Assembly (NCBI GenBank): GCA_951406725.2 | Contig: OX597815.1 | Location: forward strand, 10,726,001-10,790,000 | Direction of reading: 5' to 3' | From: Octopus vulgaris | Lineage: Eukaryota | Length of the DNA stretch: 64,000 nucleotides | Shown here: positions 41,531 through 55,148 of the stretch, one piece after another | Layout: every line of letters begins with the position of its first letter | Position numbering within the stretch: position 1 is the first letter of the stretch | Position numbers and translations under genes: made by a program | The notes under the pieces: model-generated | What the model saw: the letters and a program-made list of their open reading frames with translations, nothing else | Databases searched by the model: none | What the model was told of the DNA's origin: nothing

Positions 41531-43770
41531 ATTTCTTTATTGCCCACCAGAGGCCAAATATAGAAATGGTCAGAACAACTGATGGGATATGATTTTATAT
41601 ATAATGTGACTTTAAAAGTTTAAATACAATATTAAAAAATCGAATGGAATTAGCAATACAAAGACAATACAAATGAAGCGATGATAAGGCCACGCTCCGA
41701 CCCCACAAGCCTCGATCTACCACTGGTACCTTTTTTTGTTCTTTTTCTTCCCATCTATTCACACGGTTCCTTGCACGTATAACACTCGTGCAACATGCTT
41801 CCATCTCTTTTGGAACGTATACTCCGACAGACACCTCTTCTCCAGCCACAGCTTACTTTTCAAATGAAAACAACAACAAAAAAGTTATCGTAAATTGTGG
41901 CCAGAAATAAAGTTACCTGTCTTAATTCCTTTTATCCTAGTCTTCCATACTGCCTCTTTTGCTATTGCTACCACCGTGAGAAAACAATTCTTACCTTCGT
42001 TCGTTAAAACTCCTGGTGGGTCAATTTCTATAATTGACTCAGTCGACAACTGTACTCTTCCTTCGTCGGACAACAGGTGTTCAGCATAAGCCCACATTTC
42101 AGTTATCTCCGGATACTGAACAATAGCGTGAGGGACGGTTTGCCTGCCCCCCCCCTCCGCATCTTGGACAGGTCGGCGAATGACGCTTGCCGTGTCTTGC
42201 GAGCTTATCTCAAACGGGCAAGGCACCGCTGTAGCATTGCCAGGTTAAGGACTTTTGGAAGTTGTCCAATGTTCTCAACCCGAATGTACGGTGAAACAGG
42301 CTGTCCAGTTGAATAAACCCGGGACCTAGAGTCGCCCCCAGGCCATCGTCGCATTCAGACTGTACCAACCGACTATATAAAATCCGTGTGGAACCCCCAT
42401 CGCTGGTGTTGCCCGAGCGCCAGAATAGCAAGAGGGCCTTACGGCACTCTTTATGCCATTCACTCGACCTCGGTCTACGAAAACACTAGGCTTCCTGTTC
42501 GCAAAAACTTTTGAACTCGGGAACATTTGTCTGGTCAGCGGAGACCACACCTATTCATTATCCAGGAGAATCCAGAGGTGCCTCAACCTCAACGCATGTC
42601 TGCGCATCATTAACCAAGGCATCCCTAAACCTCCCTTTAAAGGATTTTGACAGCAGACGGAGTTTCACGAGTGGCGGCCTGCTCTTCCACAAAAAGCGAA
42701 AGAGCTGTTTCTCAATCGCTAAAAAGGACGTATTGAGTTCCCAGTAGCCAGATCCCTGACTATGCAACTTATCTACCGTCAGTTTACAGGTAACCATCTT
42801 GTGGTCACTGTAGCTGACTATAAAAAATTGTGGACACTCGGCGATGGACTTATCTGTTTCTCTGTTCTGAAATTTTTTGGTCAGTCTGCAGTATGAGGTT
42901 AAGCGTTTGATCTATACAATAGGTATTCTCTGTGATGGTAGTCTGCAAGAGGTTAATATTATCTTCCCTGTTTGCTAGGTCTGCCGCCATCAAGCACATA
43001 GGGTTTACTCCGGGTGGAATTCTTGGAATTCTCACTTTTGATGTTTTCATTCCCATATAAATTGGGATTAACATTGTGTCTTCCGGCTCTAAAGATTTTA
43101 CAGTGTTTTTGTGCCGTTTCTGCATTCTTGAACCTCGCCACGATGGTTCCAAACTTCTTCTCTCTGGCTAGATATGTAATGTCCTGCCAGATGGGTTTTA
43201 GACATTTTTCAGTTTTTTGCTCACATTTCTTATCAATTTTATGAGCTTTTAAGCAGAATGTCTTTAAAATAACAATTTTCTTTTTTTCCTCCGTTAATTC
43301 TTCTTCTGGTATTTCCACTTTTACTACTCCATCTCGTTCTGTTATCATATCTTTGTATTTAGTAATTCTTTTCTGTCACTTGACAACTGTCGCATTCCAC
43401 CACCTGCCGCTGATACAAAACTTTTCCTTTCTTCATTTTGGATGGTCCATTCTTCTGTCTTTCTTTTGGTGTTCGTAACTTTTGGTAATGCCGAGATTTC
43501 GCTTTCCGACACATCAGAAACGTTATTAAAAGTTAAACTTTCTATTTTCTTTGCTTCTCTCTCAATCGATGATTCATCATCCGACGAAGAAGACACACTT
43601 TTCGGCATCTTCCCGGTAATTTATGTATTCCCCCACAGGGGAAAACCACAGATAGCTTTCGAAAGAAACCTATACTATAATTTTTCCAACAATAAGTCCA
43701 ACAATTGGCATAACAAGAGATATAACAATTAACAGAAACTTACGAACACACTCCAACAATAAATTTTCAA
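41531..43770 (-). mobile_element. Internally deleted Tx1/L1-group LINE
   Basis: Frameshifted ORF1 (43608-42850). ORF2 pieces include the APE end SDHKMVTCKL..GSGYWELNTSFL, IEKQLFRFLW, GGLGM-like KGGLGMP, and a degenerate C-terminal knuckle followed by AIAKEAVWKTR. Confidence 0.72.
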
Positions 43771-44285
43771 TATGGTGGCTGCCCCCTCATTATCGAGTAT
43801 GGCCATTGCGCGAAGCTTAATCAATGTTGTTATCGTGCAATGCCTGTGCAAGAAGATTTTTTTTAAAGTGAGGAAAGGCTGTGCACTGAGTCAATTCCAC
43901 TCACTAAGCAACAGCAGCTATAATCCGAAAAGAAGAACAAGTCAACATCATCGGAAACCACTGAGCCGCAGGTTTTATGTCGGAGTTATCTCAGTTACCT
44001 GAGTTACCTTCTCCTAGAAGAATTCCTTAACAAAGGCTAGGAGTCCTTCACTCCCAATGGTTTAACCGCGCGATCGGGTATTCAGTCCGATTATTTCTAT
44101 GTCTCCGCGCATGATACAGCCTCAAGACATTTATTGGATGGCCGTTGATTCTCAAGAGTTCCTCCGCCCTTTGACGGGTTTTGTTTTTTCATCCCGCAGG
44201 GTGTCCAATAAACACCCTCCTCACCAAGCAAGCTTGGTGGGGTTGCCGGTTTAGTCGCCGACGAACCGACCATGCAATAACAGAC
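43771..44285 (-). mobile_element. Non-coding RTE-derived short element, copy 2, with RTE 3' tail
   Basis: Minus 3' end ttaagcttcgcgcaatggccatactcgataatgagggggcagcc matches 63654-63697. Confidence 0.68.
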
Positions 44286-44289
44286 TTAC

Positions 44290-44710
44290 GAAATACCTAT
44301 TTCTTCACTAAACACAAAGGGATAAACACAGAGAGGACAAACAAGGACACACAAACGATTAAGTTGATTATATTGACCCTAATGCGTAACTGGTACTTAT
44401 TTAATCGACCCCGAAAGGATGAAAGGCAAAGTCGACCTCGGCGGAATTTGAACTCAGAACGTAGCGGCAGACGAAATACCTAATTCTTTACTACCAACAA
44501 GGAGCTAAACACAGAGGGGACAAACAAGAACAGACAAACGGATTAAGTCGATTATATCGACGCCAGTGCGTAACTGGTACTTATTTAATCGACCCCGAAA
44601 GGATGAAAGGCAAAGTCGACCTCGGACTTTGAACTCAGAACGTAGCGGCAGACGAAATACTGCTATGCATTTCGCCCGGCGTGCTAACGATTCTGCCAGC
44701 TCGCCGCCTT
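44290..44710 (-). mobile_element. SINE-A dimer/chain
   Basis: Units joined at tail|GGTATTTC. Confidence 0.82.
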
Positions 44711-44771
44711 TAGTATTAAAAACATTAAAAACAAAACTGGAACAAAATAAAAAAAAGTCTGGTTCAACCTC

Positions 44772-44823
<52 letters not shown>

Positions 44824-45728
44824 TTTCTTTCTTTCTCTGTCTGTTTTTCTGTATATATGTATCTTGTGATAAAATATATTTGCATGTTTTTCTAGTGGAG
44901 CAATATAAATAGAATTCTATTTAATCTGCCTATGAAGGCGAGTTACCATAGAGAGAATTTATTCAAACACAACTTATGTCTGATAAGGTAGGTTGGAATA
45001 TATTATGGCAGTAAAAAAAAACGGCCGATTGATCACGACTTGCAATGTCTTTGATCATAAGTCTGCTCAATGAAGCGGGTCTAGCAACAACAATAACGAA
45101 AATATGATGGTCAAACTAAAGTCATCTATCTCATCTATATGGATGGCTTTAAACTACCATCAAAAGTCAACGCCCAGATGGAGAATCGAATTGTAAATGA
45201 ATTCAGTTATGATATCAAAATAAGCATGGGAATAGACAAATTTGCGAATCTACTCTGTGAAAGAATCTAATTAAAACTGGAAACGTTAAATTAGATGCTG
45301 ACTTTGAAATCAGGAAACCACAAGGTCAGAAACAAAATTGCAACTACAGACAAAACGTGCAGGCGTGGCTGTGTGGTAAGGAGCATCCCAATCGCATGGT
45401 TCTGGGTTCAGTCCCACTGCATGGCGACTTGGGTAAGTGTCTGCACCATAGCTTCGATTTGATAGACAGAAACTGGAAGACGCCCGTAATGCGTGTATGT
45501 GTCTGTGTATTCTTTTACTTGTTTCAGTCATTTTGACTGTGGCCATGCTGAAGCACCGCCTTTTATTGGAAGAAATCGACAGCTGAACTTATTCTTTGTA
45601 AGCCTGATATTTATTCTATCAGCCTCTTTTGACGAATCGCTAGTTTATAGGAACGTAAACAGATCAACATCGGTTGTCAAGCGATGGTGGGGGGACAAAT
45701 ACAGACACAAACACACAAATATATACAT

Positions 45729-46120
<392 letters not shown>

Positions 46121-47257
46121 CCAGTAACAAAGAAACAAATGGAAAACAAGACAAGCAACATGAAAACCGATCCTTCATCAGTTGCCGGCTGTTTTTCTAC
46201 TTCGTATTTCGAGCAATTAACGACAAGATACATTTTCGACAAAAAAGTTGCTCCCGCAAAACAAATTATATAAAATTTGGGATTTTGCGGAGGGTCAAAG
46301 TTGGTAACAAAAACAGGACAGTGAAAACAAACAGAAAGGGCTGCTACGCCTAAATGAGTTGGGTTGGTGAACGCGGAGGAACAAGCTCTGACAGGAGACA
46401 GACAATCCCTGTGGCTGATCAGAGAGAAAGAAAGAAATTCAAGTTAGGAAAAGAAAGATGGTCGATGGTAACGTGCGAGCAGCAAGAGAACAAATGCGGA
46501 AGAGTGAGGGAGAGAAAGGGACAGACAGAGAAAGGCGAAAGGGAGAGGAAAAGAATTAGAGAAAGAATGAGCGAGAAAAAACGAAAGGGGGAGAAGGGGG
46601 AGATAAAAAGAATTAGCGAGAGGAAACGAATATATATACACGTGTGTGTCTGCCTGTTTCTCATTTGCAACCAATCAGTTTTGGTATGTTTACGTTCCCG
46701 TAACATAGAGGTTTGGCAAAACAGACCGATAAAATAAGTACTAGGAATAAAAAACAAAATTAAACAAGACTTGGGGTCAATTTGTTCGACACAATTCCCA
46801 AGGCGGCGCCCCAGCATAGCCGCAGTCTAATGACTGAAACAAATATATAATAAAAAGGTAAACATAAAATTACTATATCAAGGTAGAGAGCCTGCTAAAC
46901 TCTGTGCGTGAAGTCAACATTTGGTTCAATTACTTATCGACTGGGAATGAAAACTTGTAGTTATTCAGGCATTTCCTAAGGATATTATCAACGTATATAA
47001 CGTTAGACGATTTCCATCGAGAAACGAAACCACATTAAAGCCTAAAATCGCGAGAAATTTTACATTCAGTTGAAACAGCGCGGGCGAAAATTAAATCGAA
47101 TTTATAGAAAATCATTATTGGAAAGGTTTATGGCTTTCGTCATCAGTTACGTCTGTGAAATAATGTTGTTTACATAACACAATGTAGAGTAAATAGTTGC
47201 GTTGGGTGAAGATCGTGTAGTCTCATAATAATGAACGTAGTTTTTTTTTTATATATT

Positions 47258-47355
<98 letters not shown>

Positions 47356-47376
47356 ATGTATATATAATGTATATAT

Positions 47377-47780
47377 AGGCGCACGAGTGGCTGTGTGGTA
47401 AGTAGCTTGCTAACCAACCACATGGTTCCGGGTTCAGTCCCACTGCGTAGCATCTTGGGCAAGTGTCTTCTGCTATAGCCCCGGACCGACCAATGCCTTG
47501 TGAGTGGATTTGGTAGACGGAAACTGAAAGAAGCCTGTCGTATATATGTATATATATGTATATATGTGTATGTGTGTGTGTTTGTCCCCCTAGCATTGCT
47601 TGACAACTGATGCTGGTGTGTTTACGTCCCCGTCACCTAGCGGTTCGGCAAAAAGAGACCGATAGAACAAGTACTGGGCTTACAAAAAGAATAAGTCCCG
47701 GGGTCGAGTTGCTCGACTAAAGGCGGTGCTCCAGCATGGCCGCAGTCAAATGACTGAAACAAGTAAAAGAGTAAAAGAGT
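47377..47780 (+). mobile_element. SINE family B
   Basis: Full-length copy. Confidence 0.88.
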
Positions 47781-48172
47781 ATATATATATGTATGCATAT
47801 ATATATATACATATGTATATGTATATATATATATATGGTAAAGACCCCCTTCGGTCATGAGTGACCATGGGATTGCACCTAGAAAGTTACCCTCCTAGAC
47901 ACAAGTCCGGGCAAGGTTGTTTATGGAAGACCAGCAGTCGCCCATGCATAGCAGCCTCCCCTCGCCACGCCACCAGTGTTATCCAAGGGAAAGACAAAGG
48001 TCGACACAGCTTAGCACCTGTGACGTCGCAACTCATTTCTACAGCTGAGTGAACTGGAGCAACGTGAAATAAAGTGCCTTGCTCAAGAACACAACACGCA
48101 GCCCGATCCGGGATTCGAGCTCACAACCTCACGATCGTAAGCTCGACGCTCTAACCACTGAGCCATGCGCCT

Positions 48173-48208
<36 letters not shown>

Positions 48209-48509
48209 GTATAAAATCACAGAGTAGGAGAAAGAGTAGTATAAGTGAAGAGAGAGGAGAGAAAATAGTAATTCGGTGAAGGAGAAGTAGTAGGAGTAAT
48301 GCTCTGACTGAGAGGGAGTGAGGGAAAGTAATAGCAATGGAAAAAGTAAGGGGTGATAGAAAAACAAGGAAGAAAGGCGCGAAAAAAATCAGCGTTTCAA
48401 CTCTGTGTGAGTATGTGTATATATGTGTATGCATGCACAATAGAAGTATGTGAATGTTTGTATCTGTGATTATTATGTACCTTATTTTATACCTTATTTA
48501 TATATAAAA

Positions 48510-48902
48510 CTAGCAGTGTAGCACAGCGTTGCTCGGGTTTGTTTCGACCCTTTAGAATTGGAATTTTTGAAAAGTAAAAATTTTGCATTATGTAGCTTGT
48601 TATTCTCTTTAAATGAACATTTTTCTGCTTGAAATACACCGAAAAATGGCGACACAGCAGACAAAAATCGTAAAAGATAGGGATTTTCATAGAAAAAAAA
48701 GCACCTTTTTGATGTAAATAATTTTCGGTCTTAACATGGTCTGATTTGAATTTTTTCTTCAAGGAAAGAAGAGCAAGCCTTCTTCTATCATACTCTCAAT
48801 TTTGGTCAACTTGCGCCGCAGGGTCTCGGAGGAGATAGTGTTAGTTGAAGGTTACCAAACCTGCCACGCACACACGGACAGCTTCAGTTTTATATATATA
48901 GA
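48510..48902 (-). mobile_element. Non-autonomous Helitron
   Basis: TC...CTAG ends and A/T target. Longer relative of 861-1195. Confidence 0.8.
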
Positions 48903-49140
48903 TAATACCATTAACGGTCATTTTTGACGGCACAGGATCAGTTAGTGTAATATGACCAACAGCTGTATTTCTCACATAATACTGCCAAAGCAACACAGTA
49001 CTACAGGAAATAGATAAGTGAAGATAGTGTTATGTGACAGAGCCTACAGCTTTGTCTCTCCTGTGATATTTTTCTATAGTTTACAATGCATGATGAACTG
49101 AATGAATATGGTGTTATGTGATAGTGTCAGCATTAATACC

Positions 49141-49525
49141 TATTTCTTTACTACCCACAAGGGACTAAACACACAGAGGACAAACAAGGACAGAAAAACG
49201 GATTAAGTCGATTATATCGACCTCAGTGCGTAACTGGTACTTAATTTATCGACCCCGAAAGGATGAAAGGCAAAGTCGACCTCGGCGGAATTTGAACTCA
49301 GAACGTAACGGCAGACGAAATACCTATTTCTTTATTACCCACAAGGGGATAAACACAGGGAGGACAAACAAGGACAGACAAACGAATTAAGTCGATTATA
49401 TCGACCCCGAAAAGATGAAAAGGCAAAGTCGACCTCGGCGGAATTTGAACTCAGAACGTAACGGCAGACGAAATACGGCTACGCATTTCGCACGGCGTGC
49501 TAACGTTTCTGCCAGCTCGACGCCT
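49141..49525 (-). mobile_element. SINE-A dimer with 16-bp TSD
   Basis: TSD tgtcagcattaata(c/t)c at 49125-49140 and 49526-49541. Confidence 0.88.
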
Positions 49526-49722
49526 TGTCAGCATTAATATCTGTCACTCACACGCACGCACGCACACACACACACACACACACACAAACAAACAAACAAA
49601 CAAACACACACACACAGACACACAGACACACACACAGACACACACACAAACAAACACACACACATACACACACACACAAACAAACACACACACACACACA
49701 GACACACACACACACACACACA

Positions 49723-49818
<96 letters not shown>

Positions 49819-50133
49819 GCTATCAATAAAGCACAGAAAAGCATACCTCACATTGCGTCGGCAGTTGTATGTATGACATACGGTTTAATTCGAAAAACGA
49901 CGTAACGCAAAAATACATCTTAAAAACTCATTAGCTGTTTGCTTTAATAAATGGTTTGTACGTATTTTCATGTATTTTATTTGATTTTCTATTTCAGTAT
50001 TGGTTTTAAGTCTTTTTTTTGTTCTTTTTTTGTAATTTTTATGCTAAAAATACTGACTGAAAGAGACGTAAAGTCGCATCAATCAATTGAAGTTGTTTTT
50101 TTCCCCATTAATTTTTTTTTAAACAAATGATAT

Positions 50134-50535
50134 AGGCGTAGGAGTGGCTGTGTGGTAAGTAGCTTGCTAACCAACCACATGGTTCCGGGTTCAGTCCCAC
50201 TGCGTGGCATCTTGGGCAAGTGTCTTCTGCTATAGCCCCGGGCCGACCAATGCCTTGTGAGTGGATTTGGTAGACGGAAACTGAAAGAAGCCTGTCGTAT
50301 ATATGTATGGGTGTGTGTGTATATGTTTGTGTGTCTGTGTTTGTCCCCCTAGCATTGCTTGACAACCGATGCTGGTGTGTTTGCGTCCCCGTAACTTAGC
50401 GGTTCGGCTAAAGAGACCGATAGAATAAGTACTGGGCTTACAAAGAATAAGTCCCGGGGTCGATTTGCTCGACTGAAGGCGGTGCTCCAGCATGGCCGCA
50501 GTCAAATGACTGAAACAAGTAAGAGAGTAAGAGAG
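50134..50535 (+). mobile_element. SINE family B
   Basis: Full-length copy. Confidence 0.88.
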
Positions 50536-50981
50536 TTGAAAAGAACGTAACACGAGTTGACGTAAATTGAGGTAGGCTTATTTTTAAAAAAAATAGTTTG
50601 GTCAACTATTTTCCATCAGGTTTGTCTCCCACACAGTGCTGTCAACGCTGTCAACGGAGCTTGTCATCAACTGTCAATCACAATGTCGTCGATGTCACTC
50701 TATTTAAATGGCTGCACAGTCGTTTTCAATAGCTACGTTTGTGACACAATGAACCAGTGACAGAGAAATCTATAAATTAATTTACATGGTTAATCTACAA
50801 CTCCATGATTGCTATGTTCACGTGACAATCTAATGGACTATTCATGCGATCATTCATATGTCAACTCCTGGTGTTGTTGTGACTATTAGTGTTATTCTGC
50901 TTACTGCTACTGTTATTGTTGTGGTTATTAAAGTTGTTATAGTTGTTGTTGTTGTTATTATTATTATTGATGTAGAAGCAA

Positions 50982-51735
50982 AGGCGGCGAGCTGGCAAAA
51001 TCGTTAGCGCGCCAGGCGAAATGCTTAGCGGTATTTCATCTGCCGTTACGTTCTGTGCTCAAATTCCCTCGAGGTCGACTTTGCCTTTCATCCTTTCGAG
51101 GTCGATTAAATAAGTACCAGTTACGCACTGGGATCAATATTGTCCTTGTTTGTCCTCTCTGTGTTTAGCCCCTTGTGGATAGTAAAGAAATAGGTATTTC
51201 GCCCGTCGCTACGTTCTGAGTTCAAATTCCGCCGAGGTCGACTTTGCCTTTCATCCTTTCGGGGTCGATTAAATAAGTACCAGTTACGCACTGGGGTTGA
51301 TATAATCGATTTAATCCGTTTGTCTGTCCTTGTTTGTCCTCACTGTGTTTGCCCCTTGTGGGTAGTAAAGAAATGGGTATTTCGTCTGCCGCTACGTTCT
51401 GAGTTCAAATTCCGCCGAGATCGACTTTGCCTTTCATCCTTTCGGGGACGATAAAATAAGTACCAGTTACGCACTGGGGTCGATGTAATCGACTTAATCC
51501 GTTTGTGTGTCCTTGTCTGTCCTCTCTGTGTTTAGCCCCTTGTGGGTAGTAAAGAAATAGAAATAGGTATTTCACCCGTCGCTACGTTCTGAGTTCAAAT
51601 TCCGCCGAGGTTGACTTTGCCTTTCATCCTTTCGGGGTCGATAAATTAAGTGTCAGTTGCGTACTGGGGTCGATCTAATTGACTGGCCCCTTCCCGCCAA
51701 AATTTCTGGCCTTGTGCCTATAGTAGAAAGGATTA
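50982..51735 (+). mobile_element. SINE-A tetramer chain: one head, four bodies
   Basis: Internal junctions tail|ggtatttc near 51191, 51375 and 51566. The last unit has the alternative tail. Confidence 0.88.
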
Positions 51736-51831
51736 TTGCTGTAGAAGCAACCGTTATTACCCTTCTTGTGGTTATTTTCATTGTTGTTGTGGCTAATGTC
51801 ATTATTTTTAGAGTGGTTTTACTGATGTAGC

Positions 51832-52845
51832 TACGAGGAGAAGTCAAAACTAATCCTCACTTTCACCAAACCCTTCTTTACATTGGCTGCACTACCTTCA
51901 GGTGGGACACTTCGGATTATGTAATTGAGATTGCTCGGGTTAACTTTCTTGTGTTACCAAGGAAGGACAGAGAACAGTGGATCTAATTTCCCTTGTCTGA
52001 AGGTGTGTAAGGGATTGAAATTTATTGCAGACTTTCAGTACAATAGGGGAACAGCATTCTACCGCGTAAAAGTGTGTATGAGTGGATCGAGAAGTTTTAA
52101 AATAGCCGTACTAGCGTGAAGCATGAAGAGAGAACAGGACGCCCATCCACCTCCTTCCACTGGTGTGAAGATTCAACAAGCTCGAGATATGGTTCTGACG
52201 AACAGATGAATGACTATCGATGAGGTGGCCTGTTCTCTGCAAATTGGCCACGGTTCTGCATAGGAAGTCATTCGCAACAGGCTTCGTTAAGTCTCTGCGA
52301 CATGGGTCCCCAAGTGAGCTTCCCGAGGCGCATAAGTGCATTTCATGTGGAGATCTGTCAGTGCTTATTCGACCGCTACAACGATGAAGGCGACGCTAAT
52401 TTGGAGAGAACAATAACAAGAGATGATACCCGGGACCCTCAATTTGAGTCAGAATCCAAAAGACTGAGTATAGAGTGGAAACACCCGGGTTCGCCATCGA
52501 GAAAGAAGTTCTAAACTCAACCTTTCGCAAAAAGAAAAAGTGATGCTAACCGTTTTTGGGGACGCAAAAAGATCAGTACTAGAACATTGCTTGGAAAAGG
52601 AGTCTACAGTCACCAATGAAGGCTACAGTAAAATGCTGGCCAACAAACTGGAACCAGCAATTCGCACCAAACGCCGAGGTCTATTGTCAAAGCAAATGTT
52701 ATTATTACACGACAGTGCATGCCCCTATACAGTCGCCCACACCGTCGAAACCATTGAGAAATTGGGTTTCGAGTTTCTGAAATACCCTGCATACAGTTCT
52801 GATCACGTCCCTTTCGGCTATCACTTCTCTAGAGCACTCAAACAT
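51832..52845 (+). mobile_element. Decayed mariner transposon
   Basis: TA-cgagg start. Remnants WVPK, MMLTVFGD..G, AIRTKRRGLL..LLLHDSA.PYT and YPAYSSDHVPFGYHF. Confidence 0.78.
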
Positions 52846-53395
52846 TTTTTACAAGATTCTTTATATGAGTTCGTGTGTTGAAGCATATTCTGTTGTGTCT
52901 GGGGAGGGTAATTTTCTTTTTCTACCTTATAATGTAACACAATCACCGGTAAAATTTCCACATTTTTCTTATTTTTATTTTCCTAAAATTTTCGTTGCGT
53001 CTTGCAACCTTTTCAATAGTCTTGACTCTGAAAAGATTGCAAAGCTATTGAAAAGGTTGCAAGACGCAACGAAAATTTTAGGAAAATAAAAATAAGAAAT
53101 AAGTGGAAATTTTGACTCTTGAAAAGGTTGCAAGACGCAACGAAAATTTTAGTAAAATAAAAATAAGAAATAAGTGGAAATTTTGACTCTTGAAAAGGTT
53201 GCAAGACGCAACGAAAATTTTAGGAAAATAAAAATAAGAAATAAGTGGAAATTTTGACTCTTGAAAAGGTTGCAAGACGCAACGAAAATTTTAGGAATCT
53301 AAAAATAAGAAATAGGTGGAAATTCTACTGGTGAGTGTGTTACATTATAAGGCACAAAAAGAAAATTACTCTCCCCAGACACAACAGAATCTTTT
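52845..53395. mobile_element. Foldback-like element with four internal 71-bp tandem units
   Basis: Long inverted arms. Units start at 53048, 53119, 53190 and 53261. Confidence 0.75.
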
Positions 53396-53749
53396 ACAAG
53401 ATTGTCGATTTGTTAGGGACAAAAATTGCAGGAAGCTATGCATAAATGGCTATGCAACCAGCCAAAATTCTTCTTCTTCTTCTTCTCGATGCAATAAGCA
53501 AGGTTGTGGCCCCCGCTGGAAGAAGTGCATCGAAAAGCAAGGAGACTACGTCGGAGAATGAATTGCTTAATCTCGGTTTTTGTTTTAATAGATTTTTGAC
53601 TAAAACTCGTACTTATTGCTGTAGCTAAAGTTGTTTCGAAACTAACGTTGCGGCTGTGACAACTGTTTTCACTGAGCTGCGGTTATTTATTGCTCATCCG
53701 ATTACTGTTGTAATTGTTGTCTATTGTTGCTGCTGTTATAACAGTTGTG

Positions 53750-53955
53750 TTGGTGTTGGTGTTGGTGTTTTTGCTGGTGGTAGTGGTGGTGGTGCTGCTG
53801 TTGTTGTTGTTGTTGTTGTTGTTGTTGCTGTTGTTGTTGTTGTTGTTTTTGTTGTTGTTGTTGCTCTGCTGCTGTTATTGCTAATGTTTTGTTCTGCTAT
53901 TGCTGTTTATTTTCATTGCTTTTGTTGTGATGTGCTATTCCGACGGTAGTGGTGG

Positions 53956-53999
<44 letters not shown>

Positions 54000-54003
54000 G
54001 TGG

Positions 54004-54085
<82 letters not shown>

Positions 54086-54229
54086 GTGAAGGAATTGGAA
54101 GAGGTTACTGTTGTTGTTGTTGTTGTTGTTGCTGTTGTTGTTGTTGCTGCTGTTATTGCTGCTTATTTTCATTGCTTTTGTTGTGATATGCTATTCCGAC
54201 GATGGTGGTGGTGGTAGTGGTGGTGGTGG

Positions 54230-54285
<56 letters not shown>

Positions 54286-54330
54286 TGAAGGAATTGGAAG
54301 AGGTTACTGTTGTTGTTGTTGTTGTTGTCC
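53750..54330. repeat. (GTT/GAT/GGT)n compound microsatellite with an internal duplicated block
   Basis: gtgaaggaattggaagaggttactg and ttttcattgcttttgttgtgat each occur twice. Confidence 0.9.
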
Positions 54331-54365
54331 GTATGAGATTAAAACCAGTTTTAATATGTTTTCAG

Positions 54366-54540
54366 TGAAGAATTCAGCCGTTTCCGATACACTTCAAGTA
54401 GATTCCATTGTGGCAGAGAACAGAACTGCCAGGCTGCACTCATCTCACCCCACGCAACTCAACTACATGAATAGGCTTAAAAAGGTGCAAGAAAAACCAG
54501 CGAACAGGAAGTTTATAACCGGAAGTGAATCTAGCAAACG
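54366..54540 (+). CDS. Coding exon (VKNSAVSDT...SESSK), phase 1 to 2
   Basis: Acceptor atgttttcag|TG and strong donor AACG|gtgaga. Open frame. Confidence 0.8.
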
Positions 54541-55148
54541 GTGAGATTATAAATCAACCGCTTGTGTACTTCGAAGAAAAACTCTACGCACACGCATAAT
54601 ACACACGCATACACACGCACTCTCATACGCGCACGCAAACGATAATACATTTACACACAGACATATGCATGCATATACACGCATATACCGGCACATTTAT
54701 ACGTTTGCGCAAATTGGTGCAAGAATGCAGGAATACTTACTTACATACGTACATTTTAACACGATACACAGGCACACACGCTGTCGCACAAGCATACAGA
54801 TATATTGAGAAATGCAGGCACACATACACAGTCATACACGTATACATTCATGCACACACATGCGCGTACATTCGCATACATGGATAAATTGTGAGCTTGC
54901 ACACGTGTTTACATTCGTTCGTTCTCACACGTGATTGCTCGCTCACATCTACACGGAGCCACGCTGGTCTACACATGCCGGCATAAACAGAAGACATAGA
55001 AAGTCAAGCATATAGACAAACTTGCATTACACTAATTAATGAAAACTACTGCACAGGACAGTGCCATATCACACTTCTATGCGCAGAGTTATCATACACA
55101 ATTGCACGAGACATCGGGAGTACTTCTGAGCTGAGACTTCACTGACCA

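Noticed and set aside
46165-46225. Further hammerhead (CTGATGA on the minus strand)
   Set aside because: GAAA and the stems are not in a consistent hammerhead topology.
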